A model generated the notes under the pieces. It saw only the letters and a list, made by a program, of their open reading frames with translations. It had not been told where the DNA came from and ran no database searches. From an uncultured Acidimicrobiia bacterium (GTDB taxonomy: Bacteria; Actinomycetota; Acidimicrobiia; IMCC26256; JAENVU01): a stretch of 64,000 nt of DNA. Location: contig CAWDDH010000003.1 in the NCBI GenBank assembly GCA_963801105.1, forward strand, positions 309,135 to 373,134. Direction: 5' to 3'. Below are positions 36,806-45,461 of this stretch, piece after piece. A program made the position numbers and the translations under genes. Each line of letters begins with the position of its first letter. Within the stretch, counting starts at the first letter, position 1.

Positions 36806-37864
36806 TCAGCCCGTCGTTCTCAGCGGGTGCGCGACGAAGAACTTCCACATGATCTCGTCGGCGCTCACGCTCGTCGTCGTCTTCCCGACGATCTTCCCGA
36901 TGCTCACCGAGAAGTCGCTGCCCGGCCACGAGTGGCCGCCACCCTCGATCCGGTACAGCTCGGTCGCCGCGGCGGGCGGGCAGTCGTAGGCGACCTCGAC
37001 CACGTCGGCTGCGACCGAGTGCTCCTTCGCACCCCGGCCGCAGCCGTTGCGGTGGCCCCACGCCTGCATGATCTCGGGCACCGACTTCGTCCCCCCGGCG
37101 TCACGCAGCTGCTCGGGGCCGGCCACGTCGCGGATCGAACGGCCCGACCCGTCGGGCGCCGGCAGGTCCAGGCCCTTCTCGCCGAGACCGCCCTCGAACG
37201 ACACGTACCCGTCGGCCGTGCCGTGGAACGCGACGATCGGGACGGCCCGGTCGAAGTGGCACCCCGGGAGGTCCCGGACGCCGGCGACCGGCGCCACGGC
37301 CGCGACCCGTTCGCTGTAGGCGCACGCGACGGCCGACGTCATGAACGCGCCGTTCGACAGGCCGGTCACGTAGATGCGCATGGTGTCGACGCAGAGCTGC
37401 TCCTCGACCGTGTCGAGCAGATCGCCCACGAACTTCACATCGGGGCCGTCGAGGGCGGTGTCCCACTGGGCGACCGGGCCCGTGCCCTGGGGCGTGATCG
37501 TGACGAACCCGTGCTCGTCGCCGAACCCGCCGAGACCGCTCATCAGCTGGTGGACGGTCGCGCCCTCCGAGTACCCGTGGAGGTCGAGCACGAGCGGCAC
37601 CGGCGTGGTGCCGTCATGGGCGGGCGGGACGTGCCGGAAGTACCAGCGCTCCCCGGCCGGCGCCGCGAGGGTCTCCTTGGTCTCACCGGCGCGCACGCTC
37701 GACGTGCCGCAGCCCGAGGACGGCACGGGCGCCACCGCCGCGGGGTTGGCCGGCGAGGTGGTCGAGGTCGCGGCAGTACCCGTGGCGTTCGAACTGCCGG
37801 AGGAGCACCCCGCGCCCGAGAGCACGAGCCCGATCCCCACTCCGATGATCCCCAGTCTGTGCAC
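36806..37864 (-). CDS. secreted esterase, PHB-depolymerase/LpqC family lipoprotein
   Basis: 352 aa. The lipobox is LSGAGC. It has LVLDLHGY, the nucleophile elbow GLSNGA and GGGHSWPG. Confidence 0.8.
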   Translation of the reverse strand: MHRLGIIGVGIGLVLSGAGCSSGSSNATGTAATSTTSPANPAAVAPVPSSGCGTSSVRAGETKETLAAPAGERWYFRHVPPAHDGTTPVPLVLDLHGYSEGATVHQLMSGLGGFGDEHGFVTITPQGTGPVAQWDTALDGPDVKFVGDLLDTVEEQLCVDTMRIYVTGLSNGAFMTSAVACAYSERVAAVAPVAGVRDLPGCHFDRAVPIVAFHGTADGYVSFEGGLGEKGLDLPAPDGSGRSIRDVAGPEQLRDAGGTKSVPEIMQAWGHRNGCGRGAKEHSVAADVVEVAYDCPPAAATELYRIEGGGHSWPGSDFSVSIGKIVGKTTTSVSADEIMWKFFVAHPLRTTG

Positions 37865-37920
37865 GCGACCTCCCCGTTGCGGCGGCGACGCTCGAGGGCG
37901 CCGGCGCGAGCGTCACATCG

Positions 37921-39081
37921 CTACGCGGACGCCCGCCGTCGTACGGACCGGACCGCGGCGGCGCCGATCTTCAGCAACCGCTGGTCGCCCACGGGCGTCC
38001 CCGCCATGCGATTGCACGTCATCGCCACCGAGAGACCGAGGTCGGGATCGGCCCAGCCGCCCGAGCCCCCGAGTCCGAAGTGGCCGAAGCCGCGCGGGCG
38101 CACGCCCCGTGTGGTCGCGGCCATGTGCCACCCGAGCCGCCAGCGCATCGGGAATCCGAGCACGACGTCCCGCTTCGTCGTCCGCACGGTCGTCGCGGTG
38201 CGCTGGGCCGGTTCCGAGAGGAACCGTGCGCCGTCGACGGTCTCGCCGGTCGCGAGCGCCGAGTACATCCGCGCGAGCGACCGCGCGGTGAAGCAACCGT
38301 TGAGCGCCGGCGACTCGGCGTCGTAGATCGCGCCGGACTCCACCATCTCGGGGACACCGGGGATCATGAAGGCGTCGATCGTGTATTGGAGCCAGCGCCG
38401 CCGATCCAGACGGGCGACGGCGCGCTGGGCCCGGGTCTCCTCCGGGAACGCGGCGAGCAGCTCGGCGACCTGCGCCCGCCGGGGCCCCCGGGCACCGATC
38501 GACATGCCCTCGATCCCGAGCGGCGCCGCGATCTCGGCCTGGATCACGTCGTCGACCGTCCTGCCGGTGATCCGGCGGAGGACCTCGCCGACGAGGTAGC
38601 CGTAGGTGATGGCGTGGTAGCCGTGACGTGTCCCGGCCCGGTACGCGGCCGGCGCGGCGGCGAGCGCCGCGGTGGTGCGATCCCAGTCGAGCAGCATCTC
38701 GCCGTCCTCGATCACGCCGCGCACGCGGTGCATGCCGGCGGAGTGGTCGAGGAGGTGTGCGACTCGCACGTCGTCCTTCCCCGCGGCCTCGAACTCCGGC
38801 CAGTACTCGGCGACCGGCGCATCGACGTCGAGCTCCCCGCGGTCGGCGAGCCGATGTGCCGCCGTCGCGACGACACCTTTGGTCGTCGAGAAGCACATCA
38901 CGGTCGTGTCCTCGGCCCACGGCGTGCCCCGGGTGTCACGCGTGCCCGCCCAGATGTCGACGACGGGCTCACCGCGGTGGAACACCGCGACCGCGGCACC
39001 GCCACCGCGCTTGTGGGCGACGGTGCGGCGCAACGCCGTAGCGACCTCGGCGAAGTCGGGGTGGACGTGTCCCTGCATCAT
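37921..39081 (-). CDS. serine hydrolase, beta-lactamase/class C esterase family
   Basis: Start MMQGHVHPDF (39081). It has the SxxK motif FSTTKG and the ending GHFGLGGSGGWADP. An ATGA overlap couples it to the P450 gene. Confidence 0.85.
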   Translation of the reverse strand: MMQGHVHPDFAEVATALRRTVAHKRGGGAAVAVFHRGEPVVDIWAGTRDTRGTPWAEDTTVMCFSTTKGVVATAAHRLADRGELDVDAPVAEYWPEFEAAGKDDVRVAHLLDHSAGMHRVRGVIEDGEMLLDWDRTTAALAAAPAAYRAGTRHGYHAITYGYLVGEVLRRITGRTVDDVIQAEIAAPLGIEGMSIGARGPRRAQVAELLAAFPEETRAQRAVARLDRRRWLQYTIDAFMIPGVPEMVESGAIYDAESPALNGCFTARSLARMYSALATGETVDGARFLSEPAQRTATTVRTTKRDVVLGFPMRWRLGWHMAATTRGVRPRGFGHFGLGGSGGWADPDLGLSVAMTCNRMAGTPVGDQRLLKIGAAAVRSVRRRASA

Positions 39082-40274
39082 TCGGTCATGGTCGCGCGCT
39101 GCCAGGGCAGCGTCCGCATCCCGCGCACGAGCGTCGACGGCGCCCACTCGGCTGGGCCCGTCACCTCCCATTCCGGTGTCGCGGCGAGCAGCTCCTCGAG
39201 CAGGATCCGGGCCTCCGTCCGGGCGAGTGCTGCACCGAGGCACAGGTGCTCACCGAAGCCGAAGGCGAGGTGCGGCGGGTCGACGGGGCGGGTCACATCG
39301 AACCGGTCGGCCGTCGGACCGAAGGTGGTCTCGTCCCGGTTGGCGGAGGCGTAGAGCATGATGACGAACCCACCCTCGGGGATCGGGGTTCCCGCGATCG
39401 CGGTAGCGGCCGTGGCCGTGCGGCCGAAGGCCTGGATCGGCGTGACCCACCGGAGACACTCCTCCACCGCGGCCGGGATCGCCGACGGGCCGGCCGCGAG
39501 CGCGGCGCGCTGGTCCGGGTGCTCGGCGAGTGCGAGCACGGCACCGGAGACGAGATGACGCGTGGTCTCGTTGCCGGCGACGAGCAGCGAGAGGCAGAAC
39601 AGGCGCGCCTCGGCGTGGGTCACGGGCCGGCCGTGTACCTGCGAGTGGACGAGGAGCGAGACGAGATCGTCGCGCGGATGCTCGGCGCGGTCGCGCAGGT
39701 GGCAGTCGAGGAAGCGCCAGAGCTCGGCGGCGCACGCCAGCACCGCGGGATCATCGGTGTCGGGCGCCTCGATCATCGCGTCCGACCACCGCCGGAAGTC
39801 CTCCCGGGCACCGTCCTCCACACCGAGCAGCTCCGCGATCACCTGTACCGGAAACGGTGCCGCGACCGAGGCCACGAAGTCGTCCGGCGTTCCCGGCTCG
39901 ACGGTGTCGAGCACCTCCCGCGCGAGCTCCCGGATGCGGTCCTCGAAGCCGGCGATGCCGCGTGGCGTGAACTCGCGGTTCACGAGCCGGCGGTAGTCAG
40001 CGTGCTCGGGCGGGTCCATGTGCAGCACCGAGCCGGACATGTCGGCCGGCGCGGCCCGCAGCGGATCATTGACGAGCACTCCGCGGCTCGAGCAGAAGCC
40101 GAGCGGGTCGCGGGAGACCGCCCGGATGTCTTCATAGCGCGGCAGCAGGAAGACGTCGTCGTCGATCGCATGCACCGCGCCGGCGCGCCGGAGCTCGGCG
40201 AGCTGCTCGTAGTACTCGGGCGCGAGGAACGCGCCCGGCACCCGCGGGTCGAATCTCTGGTCGCGCTCGCGCAC
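39078..40274 (-). CDS. cytochrome P450
   Basis: 398 aa. It has the I-helix AGNETT, an EECLRW (ExxR) motif and the heme loop FGFGEHLCLG. Confidence 0.9.
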   Translation of the reverse strand: MRERDQRFDPRVPGAFLAPEYYEQLAELRRAGAVHAIDDDVFLLPRYEDIRAVSRDPLGFCSSRGVLVNDPLRAAPADMSGSVLHMDPPEHADYRRLVNREFTPRGIAGFEDRIRELAREVLDTVEPGTPDDFVASVAAPFPVQVIAELLGVEDGAREDFRRWSDAMIEAPDTDDPAVLACAAELWRFLDCHLRDRAEHPRDDLVSLLVHSQVHGRPVTHAEARLFCLSLLVAGNETTRHLVSGAVLALAEHPDQRAALAAGPSAIPAAVEECLRWVTPIQAFGRTATAATAIAGTPIPEGGFVIMLYASANRDETTFGPTADRFDVTRPVDPPHLAFGFGEHLCLGAALARTEARILLEELLAATPEWEVTGPAEWAPSTLVRGMRTLPWQRATMTE

Positions 40275-40280
40275 GAGGTC

Positions 40281-41489
40281 TCAGGCCGCCAGGGCGGCGG
40301 CCGCGGTGCCCATGAGGTCCAGGAAGTTGTCGGAGTAGAACGCCTGGCGCACCGCGTCGCTCGCGTCACCGAGCGAGGCCTCGAACCGCTCGTACGGCTT
40401 CCGGCCGCCCTCGACGTGGGGGTAGTCGGACGAGAAGAGCATCGTCTCGGGTCCGGCCTGCTCCACGATCCAGCCGACGTCCTCGGTCGGGTAGGGCGTG
40501 AACCGCATCTGCCGACGCACGTAGTCCGACGGCCGCAGCTCGAGCGCCCGCACCCGCTCCTCGTGGCGGTGGAACGCGTCGAACGCGGACTCCATCTGGC
40601 GCATCCACGAGGGCACCCAGATCGCCCCCTGCTCGATCACCCCGACGCGCAACGTGGGGAACCGGTCGAAGACACCGTCGAAGACCATCGTCGCGAGCGT
40701 CTGCGCCGGCGGTCCGGGGATGCCCATGTAGTCGACCGAGCGGAAGTTCTCCTCGCCGCCGTGGAAGTCGGGTGGGATCGGGAGCCCGTTGACGAAGTAG
40801 TTCGGGTCGATGAGGTCGCCGGTCCCGCCGACGTGGAAGACGATCGGGATGCCGGCCTCCTGCGCACGCGCCCACACCGGATCGAGCGAGCGGTGGCTCG
40901 GCGAGTGGCCCTTCGGGCACCCCGACGCGACGAGGAGCGCGGCCGCGCCCATCGCGATCGACTCCTCGGCCATCTCCTCGGCGGCGCCGAAGTCCGCGAG
41001 CGGCACGTAGCACGTGGGCAGGAGGCGGGGATCGACGGCGCAGAACTCGACCATGCCGCGGTTGTGGGCACGGGCCGTGCCGTAGGTGAGGTCCAGGTCG
41101 CCGGTGTGCTCCCAATCGTGGAGCCGGCGGTTGTGGAACGTGTTGAACAGCAGCTGGCTCGCGAAGCCGAGATGGTCGAGTGCCCGCGGGCGGTCCTCCG
41201 CGAGGAAGGAGCCGGTCGCGGCGAAGTTCTTCCGCGCCATGATCTCGGCGGCCTCGCTCGCGCGGTAGTCGTCGGAGCGGTGCTTCGCAGCCAGACGCGA
41301 GAACGACGCCTCGAGATCGCGCAGCTGCTCCTCGGGATCACCGGTCTGGCGCAGCTCGTTCCCGCCCGTGAGGGACAGGGGTGCGATCCGGTCCCGCAGC
41401 TGCGGATCCGCGTGATCGCGGAGCCAGCTCGGCGTCTCCATGATGTGCGCATCCGCGTCGTGGATCACGCGTCCGGTCACGTAGGGCAC
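40281..41489 (-). CDS. amidohydrolase-family metal-dependent hydrolase
   Basis: GTG start at 41489, preceded by GGGAGG 5 nt upstream. IHDADAHIME (HxH), FHVGG and FSSDYPHVEG are typical of amidohydrolase_2. Confidence 0.8.
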   Translation of the reverse strand: MPYVTGRVIHDADAHIMETPSWLRDHADPQLRDRIAPLSLTGGNELRQTGDPEEQLRDLEASFSRLAAKHRSDDYRASEAAEIMARKNFAATGSFLAEDRPRALDHLGFASQLLFNTFHNRRLHDWEHTGDLDLTYGTARAHNRGMVEFCAVDPRLLPTCYVPLADFGAAEEMAEESIAMGAAALLVASGCPKGHSPSHRSLDPVWARAQEAGIPIVFHVGGTGDLIDPNYFVNGLPIPPDFHGGEENFRSVDYMGIPGPPAQTLATMVFDGVFDRFPTLRVGVIEQGAIWVPSWMRQMESAFDAFHRHEERVRALELRPSDYVRRQMRFTPYPTEDVGWIVEQAGPETMLFSSDYPHVEGGRKPYERFEASLGDASDAVRQAFYSDNFLDLMGTAAAALAA

Positions 41490-41548
41490 GGCAACCTCCC
41501 GGCGTCGGGGCGACGGTACCGCGGATCGGCGGTGCGCTCGACGGCCGG

Positions 41549-42691
41549 TCAGCGGGCGAGCGGTCCGCCGGGCGCGAAGGCGAGGGCCCGGAAGCGTTCG
41601 CCCATGAGGCGGTAGCCCTCGGCGCTGGGGTGCAGGCCGTCGGGCAGGTCGGGTGCGTCGGCCTCGCCGAACAGCTCCAGGCCCGAGAGCGCGTGGATGT
41701 TCACGTCGCCTCGCCCGCGGCGGCCGTCGACCACCTCGGTCACGATCCGGCGGATCTGGCGGAGGGTCAGGCTGGTCGCGCGCAGCTCCGGGGGCGCGTC
41801 GGTGAGGATCCGGAAGCCGCCGTGGTCGTCCGGAAGTGTCGGTCCGGGGTGGTCCTCCACCATCGGGCAGATGATCGGGCTGACGACGAGGATCGGCACC
41901 TCCGGCAGCCGCTCGCGCAGGGTGTCCAGGAAGCCGTGCAGCGCGGGGGCGAACGTCCGCACGTCGAGCGTGTCGGCGTTCACGACGTTGATGCCGACCT
42001 CCATGCTCACGAGGTCGGGCGCTTCGTCCCGGATCGAGCGGGCGACGAACTGGTCGAGCTGACATTGCCCGGCGAACGCGAACTGCAGGAGGTCGACCCC
42101 GGCGTCCCTCGCCGCGATCGCCGGCCACGCGTCGGTGGGCCCGTGCGCCTCGACGCAGTGACTGATCGAGCTGCCGTAGTGCGCCCAGCGGGGGCGCGCC
42201 GCCCTCGACCTCTCGATGCTTGCGCCGTCGGCCACGCGCAGCTCGCGAAGCTCGGTGGCGGCCGACTGGGGCAACCACAGCTCGTACTCACGCACGGTGC
42301 TGCCGAGATCGTCGAAGCGCACGGTCCCGACGTCTCCTGCGCGCACCTGCAGGTCCAGCGTCGTCAGGTCGAGCACGAAGCGCGTGCCGAAGTCGACCGA
42401 GTGTCGCCCCACGCGCTCGTCGTCGGCCACGAGATCGAACACCACCTCGGGCGCCGGCGAGGTGGTGACCTCGAAGCCGGTGGGCAGCGCGTCGAGCTCG
42501 ATCCACGGCGAGTCGGTGCGGAACACGAGCCGCACGCCTGCGCTCAGCGAGACCATGAAGTCCATGAAGAGGTCGGGGATCTGCGGCCGCGTCCACGCCG
42601 GCAGCCGGCGGGGAGCGATGCCCGTCTGGGTGCGGTCGAGGTCGAGCGCACCGACGATCCCGACCGGACCGCCTTCGAGTGGGACCTGCAC
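41549..42691 (-). CDS. SGNH/GDSL-type hydrolase with N-terminal beta-rich domain
   Basis: GTG start at 42691, preceded by AGGAGG 7 nt upstream. Block I is HYGSSISHC and block V is PDGLHPS. Confidence 0.7.
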   Translation of the reverse strand: MQVPLEGGPVGIVGALDLDRTQTGIAPRRLPAWTRPQIPDLFMDFMVSLSAGVRLVFRTDSPWIELDALPTGFEVTTSPAPEVVFDLVADDERVGRHSVDFGTRFVLDLTTLDLQVRAGDVGTVRFDDLGSTVREYELWLPQSAATELRELRVADGASIERSRAARPRWAHYGSSISHCVEAHGPTDAWPAIAARDAGVDLLQFAFAGQCQLDQFVARSIRDEAPDLVSMEVGINVVNADTLDVRTFAPALHGFLDTLRERLPEVPILVVSPIICPMVEDHPGPTLPDDHGGFRILTDAPPELRATSLTLRQIRRIVTEVVDGRRGRGDVNIHALSGLELFGEADAPDLPDGLHPSAEGYRLMGERFRALAFAPGGPLAR

Positions 42692-42772
42692 GATGGGACC
42701 TCCTGAGCGGGTTGGCGCAAGGTACCCGCGAAATCGACGCACGCAGTGGGGCCCAGGTGTGACGATGGGCCG

Positions 42773-43567
42773 ATGACCGACACCTACTCGCACGGGCACC
42801 ACGAATCCGTCCTGCGCAGTCACCGCTCGCGCACCGCGGAGAACTCCGCCGGTTACCTGCTTCCCCACCTACGGGCCGGACAGGACCTGCTCGACGTCGG
42901 CTGTGGTCCCGGCAACATCACGCTGGACCTGGCGGCGCGCGTCGCTCCCGGTCGGGTCGTCGGCATCGACGCCGCGGCCGACGTGATCGAGGCCGCGTCC
43001 GCCGCGAACACGCGGCCCGGCCAGGTGACGTTCTCGGTCGGCGACGTGTACGCGCTCGATGCGCCCGATGCGTCCTACGACGTCGTGCACGCGCACCAGG
43101 TGCTGCAACACCTCTCCGATCCGATCGCCGCACTGCGCGAGATGCGACGGGTCACCCGACCCGGCGGGGTCGTCGCGGCGCGCGACGGCGTGTACGCCGC
43201 GTTCAGCTGGGCGCCCGACGCTCCCCTGCTCGTCCGGTGGAACGAGCTGTACCACCAGATCACCGAGCACAACCGGGCCGAGGCCGATGCCGGGCGCTAC
43301 CTGCTCGGCTGGGCGCAGCAGGCCGGCTTCGCCGACGTGACCGCCACCAGCTCCACGTGGACGTTCGCGGACCCGGAGTCCCGGGCGTGGTGGGGTGGGC
43401 TCTGGGCCGACCGGGTGCGCGAGTCGTCGTACGCGACCCAGGCGCTCGAGTACGGACTCTCCGACCGCGCCGAGCTCGATGCGATCGCGGCGGCCTGGCG
43501 CACCTGGGCGGAGGCCCCCGACGCCTGGTACGCCGTGCTCCACGGCGAGATCCTCGCCCGCGCCTGA
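42773..43567 (+). CDS. class I SAM-dependent methyltransferase
   Basis: Start MTDTYSHGHH. Motif I is LLDVGCGPG, with a post-I acidic residue, and RPGGVVAARD is present. Confidence 0.85.
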   Translation: MTDTYSHGHHESVLRSHRSRTAENSAGYLLPHLRAGQDLLDVGCGPGNITLDLAARVAPGRVVGIDAAADVIEAASAANTRPGQVTFSVGDVYALDAPDASYDVVHAHQVLQHLSDPIAALREMRRVTRPGGVVAARDGVYAAFSWAPDAPLLVRWNELYHQITEHNRAEADAGRYLLGWAQQAGFADVTATSSTWTFADPESRAWWGGLWADRVRESSYATQALEYGLSDRAELDAIAAAWRTWAEAPDAWYAVLHGEILARA

Positions 43568-43622
43568 CCGCGGTCCTTCCAGTTCCTGGGACGTTCCGCG
43601 GAACGCATCCCACGTGGTCGCC

Positions 43623-44630
43623 TCAGGCGGAGACGACGGGGAAGCGGACGTACTCGTCGATCAGCGTGAGACCGAGGTGCTCGTCGCGGCCGACGGGGGT
43701 GCCGCGCCGGGCCGAGAGGTCGGCACAGAGCGTGTCGAGGATCGAGTCGAGCGTGAGGTCGTCGGAGTGCTCGCGCCAGGCGTCGCGCGCGGCGTCGTCC
43801 GCGAAGCAGTACGCCTTCCACGAGACCGAGAGTCGCAGCTCGGTCCAGTCGTAGTCGGCGAGCACCGCGTCGTCCGGGCCGCGCAATACCCAGCGGTCGC
43901 CCTCGGCGGCGAGCCCGCACCCGGGCCGGATCGGCGGCATCGCGTCGGCGTCGACGGGTGCGACGCGGTCCACGCCGTGGAACACGGTGTCGGTGTCGAG
44001 CACCAGCGCGGTGTTGGGCCGGATGCGGTGGTGGCACACCGGGCCGTCGCGCCCCTCGGGCCAGTACGCGAGCGCGCCGCCCTCGAGGTCGGAGAACCAG
44101 CCGATACCGGTGGCGATGTGCAGGCGCCAGTCCTCGAAGCATCCGGAGTGGTGCATCACCACGAGCAACCACTGCGGCACCGTCTTGCGGCTCACGCCTC
44201 GGAACTCGGGCACGTCGGTGTGTACCGCGAGCTCCTGGCCGGGGACCATCAGGTTGGCGTACGCGATCTGCGGCTCGATCACCGGCCGCCCGTGCACCGT
44301 GCGCGCCGCCTCGGCGAGGCGCGGGGAGTGGAGGAACGGCGCGATCGCCGGCGTGAACAGCTCGCCTGCGTACGCGTACTCCTCCCGGAAGTAGCTGGTG
44401 CGCGCCGCCAGGGTCCGCGCGCTCTCGTCGGCCCGGTGCAGGCCGCCCGACGACAGGAAGTTCATGACGCTGTCGTGGCGCGGGACCAGACCCGGGCCTT
44501 CGGGAATCTGGATCGGCTCGTGCTCGCCGTAGGTGCGGTAGCGCCCGAACGTGGTGCAGAGCTTCTCGACCGACGCGGCGTCGTCGGGATCGAGCACGGG
44601 ATCGACGGGCACGATCACGACGGCGGGCAC
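43623..44630 (-). CDS. hypothetical protein (possible non-heme Fe oxygenase; HxD motif)
   Basis: About 335 codons from the GTG at 44630 (start uncertain). It contains ELAVHTDVPEF and a later VFHGV, weakly reminiscent of the HxD...H facial triad. No confident family was assigned. Confidence 0.45.
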   Translation of the reverse strand: MPAVVIVPVDPVLDPDDAASVEKLCTTFGRYRTYGEHEPIQIPEGPGLVPRHDSVMNFLSSGGLHRADESARTLAARTSYFREEYAYAGELFTPAIAPFLHSPRLAEAARTVHGRPVIEPQIAYANLMVPGQELAVHTDVPEFRGVSRKTVPQWLLVVMHHSGCFEDWRLHIATGIGWFSDLEGGALAYWPEGRDGPVCHHRIRPNTALVLDTDTVFHGVDRVAPVDADAMPPIRPGCGLAAEGDRWVLRGPDDAVLADYDWTELRLSVSWKAYCFADDAARDAWREHSDDLTLDSILDTLCADLSARRGTPVGRDEHLGLTLIDEYVRFPVVSA

Positions 44631-44672
44631 CGGCCCATCGTAGGACCGGCGCCGTCGCGTAGGTTCGGGGCC

Positions 44673-45461
44673 GTGCAGATCTCGTGCGTCTGGGACGCCC
44701 CCCGCCCGTACGTCCACCCCGTGACCACCCCGGCCGGAGCGGTGCTCAGCGTCGAGGCGCCGGCGGACCACCCGTGGCACCACGCCCTCTGGTTCACGAT
44801 CAAGTTCGTGAACGAGGAGAACTTCTGGGAGGAGTACGGCGAGTTCGGGCTCCTGCGCACGACGAGCGTGAACGAGTCCGATGCCGGCGCCACGGCCACC
44901 CTCGAGTGGATCGCGCCCGACGGCGAATCGGTCCGGCTCACCGAGACCCGCACACTGCGCACCGAGCCGATCGACACCGGTGCCTACGCCCTCGACTGGT
45001 CCGAGGAGCTGCGCGTCCCCGTCGACAGCGTGCTGGACCGGACACCGTTCACGACCTGGGGCGGGTACGGCGGGCTCACGCTGCGCGGCGCACCCGACTG
45101 GACCGACACGGTGGTCCGCCTCGACGACGGCGAGCCGCGCCAGCGCGCTCTGGGCGAGCGCTCCGCCTGGCTCGCGCTCGACGGCGTGGCGCGCACACCG
45201 GACGGCACCGCGATGGACGCGGGCATGGTGATGCTCGAACACCCCGACAACGTGCGCAGCCCGTGCCCCTGGTACGCAAGCACGCGCGCGGACACCTACG
45301 GCGAGGGCTGGGCCAACTTCGTGAACGCCGCCTTCCTCTGGGACGAGCCGCTCACGCTCCCGGCGGGCGAGACGCTCGCGCTCCGCTACCGCGTGATCGT
45401 GCACGACGGCCGGTGGGACCTCGACCGTATCCGGGCCGAGCACGCGCGCTGGATCCCGTGA
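44673..45461 (+). CDS. PmoA-family / DUF6807-like protein
   Basis: GTG start at 44673. ADHPWHHALWFTIKFVNEENFWEE and the later TWGGYGGLTLR recall the DUF6807 (PmoA-like) family. Assigned from memory. Confidence 0.65.
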   Translation: MQISCVWDAPRPYVHPVTTPAGAVLSVEAPADHPWHHALWFTIKFVNEENFWEEYGEFGLLRTTSVNESDAGATATLEWIAPDGESVRLTETRTLRTEPIDTGAYALDWSEELRVPVDSVLDRTPFTTWGGYGGLTLRGAPDWTDTVVRLDDGEPRQRALGERSAWLALDGVARTPDGTAMDAGMVMLEHPDNVRSPCPWYASTRADTYGEGWANFVNAAFLWDEPLTLPAGETLALRYRVIVHDGRWDLDRIRAEHARWIP

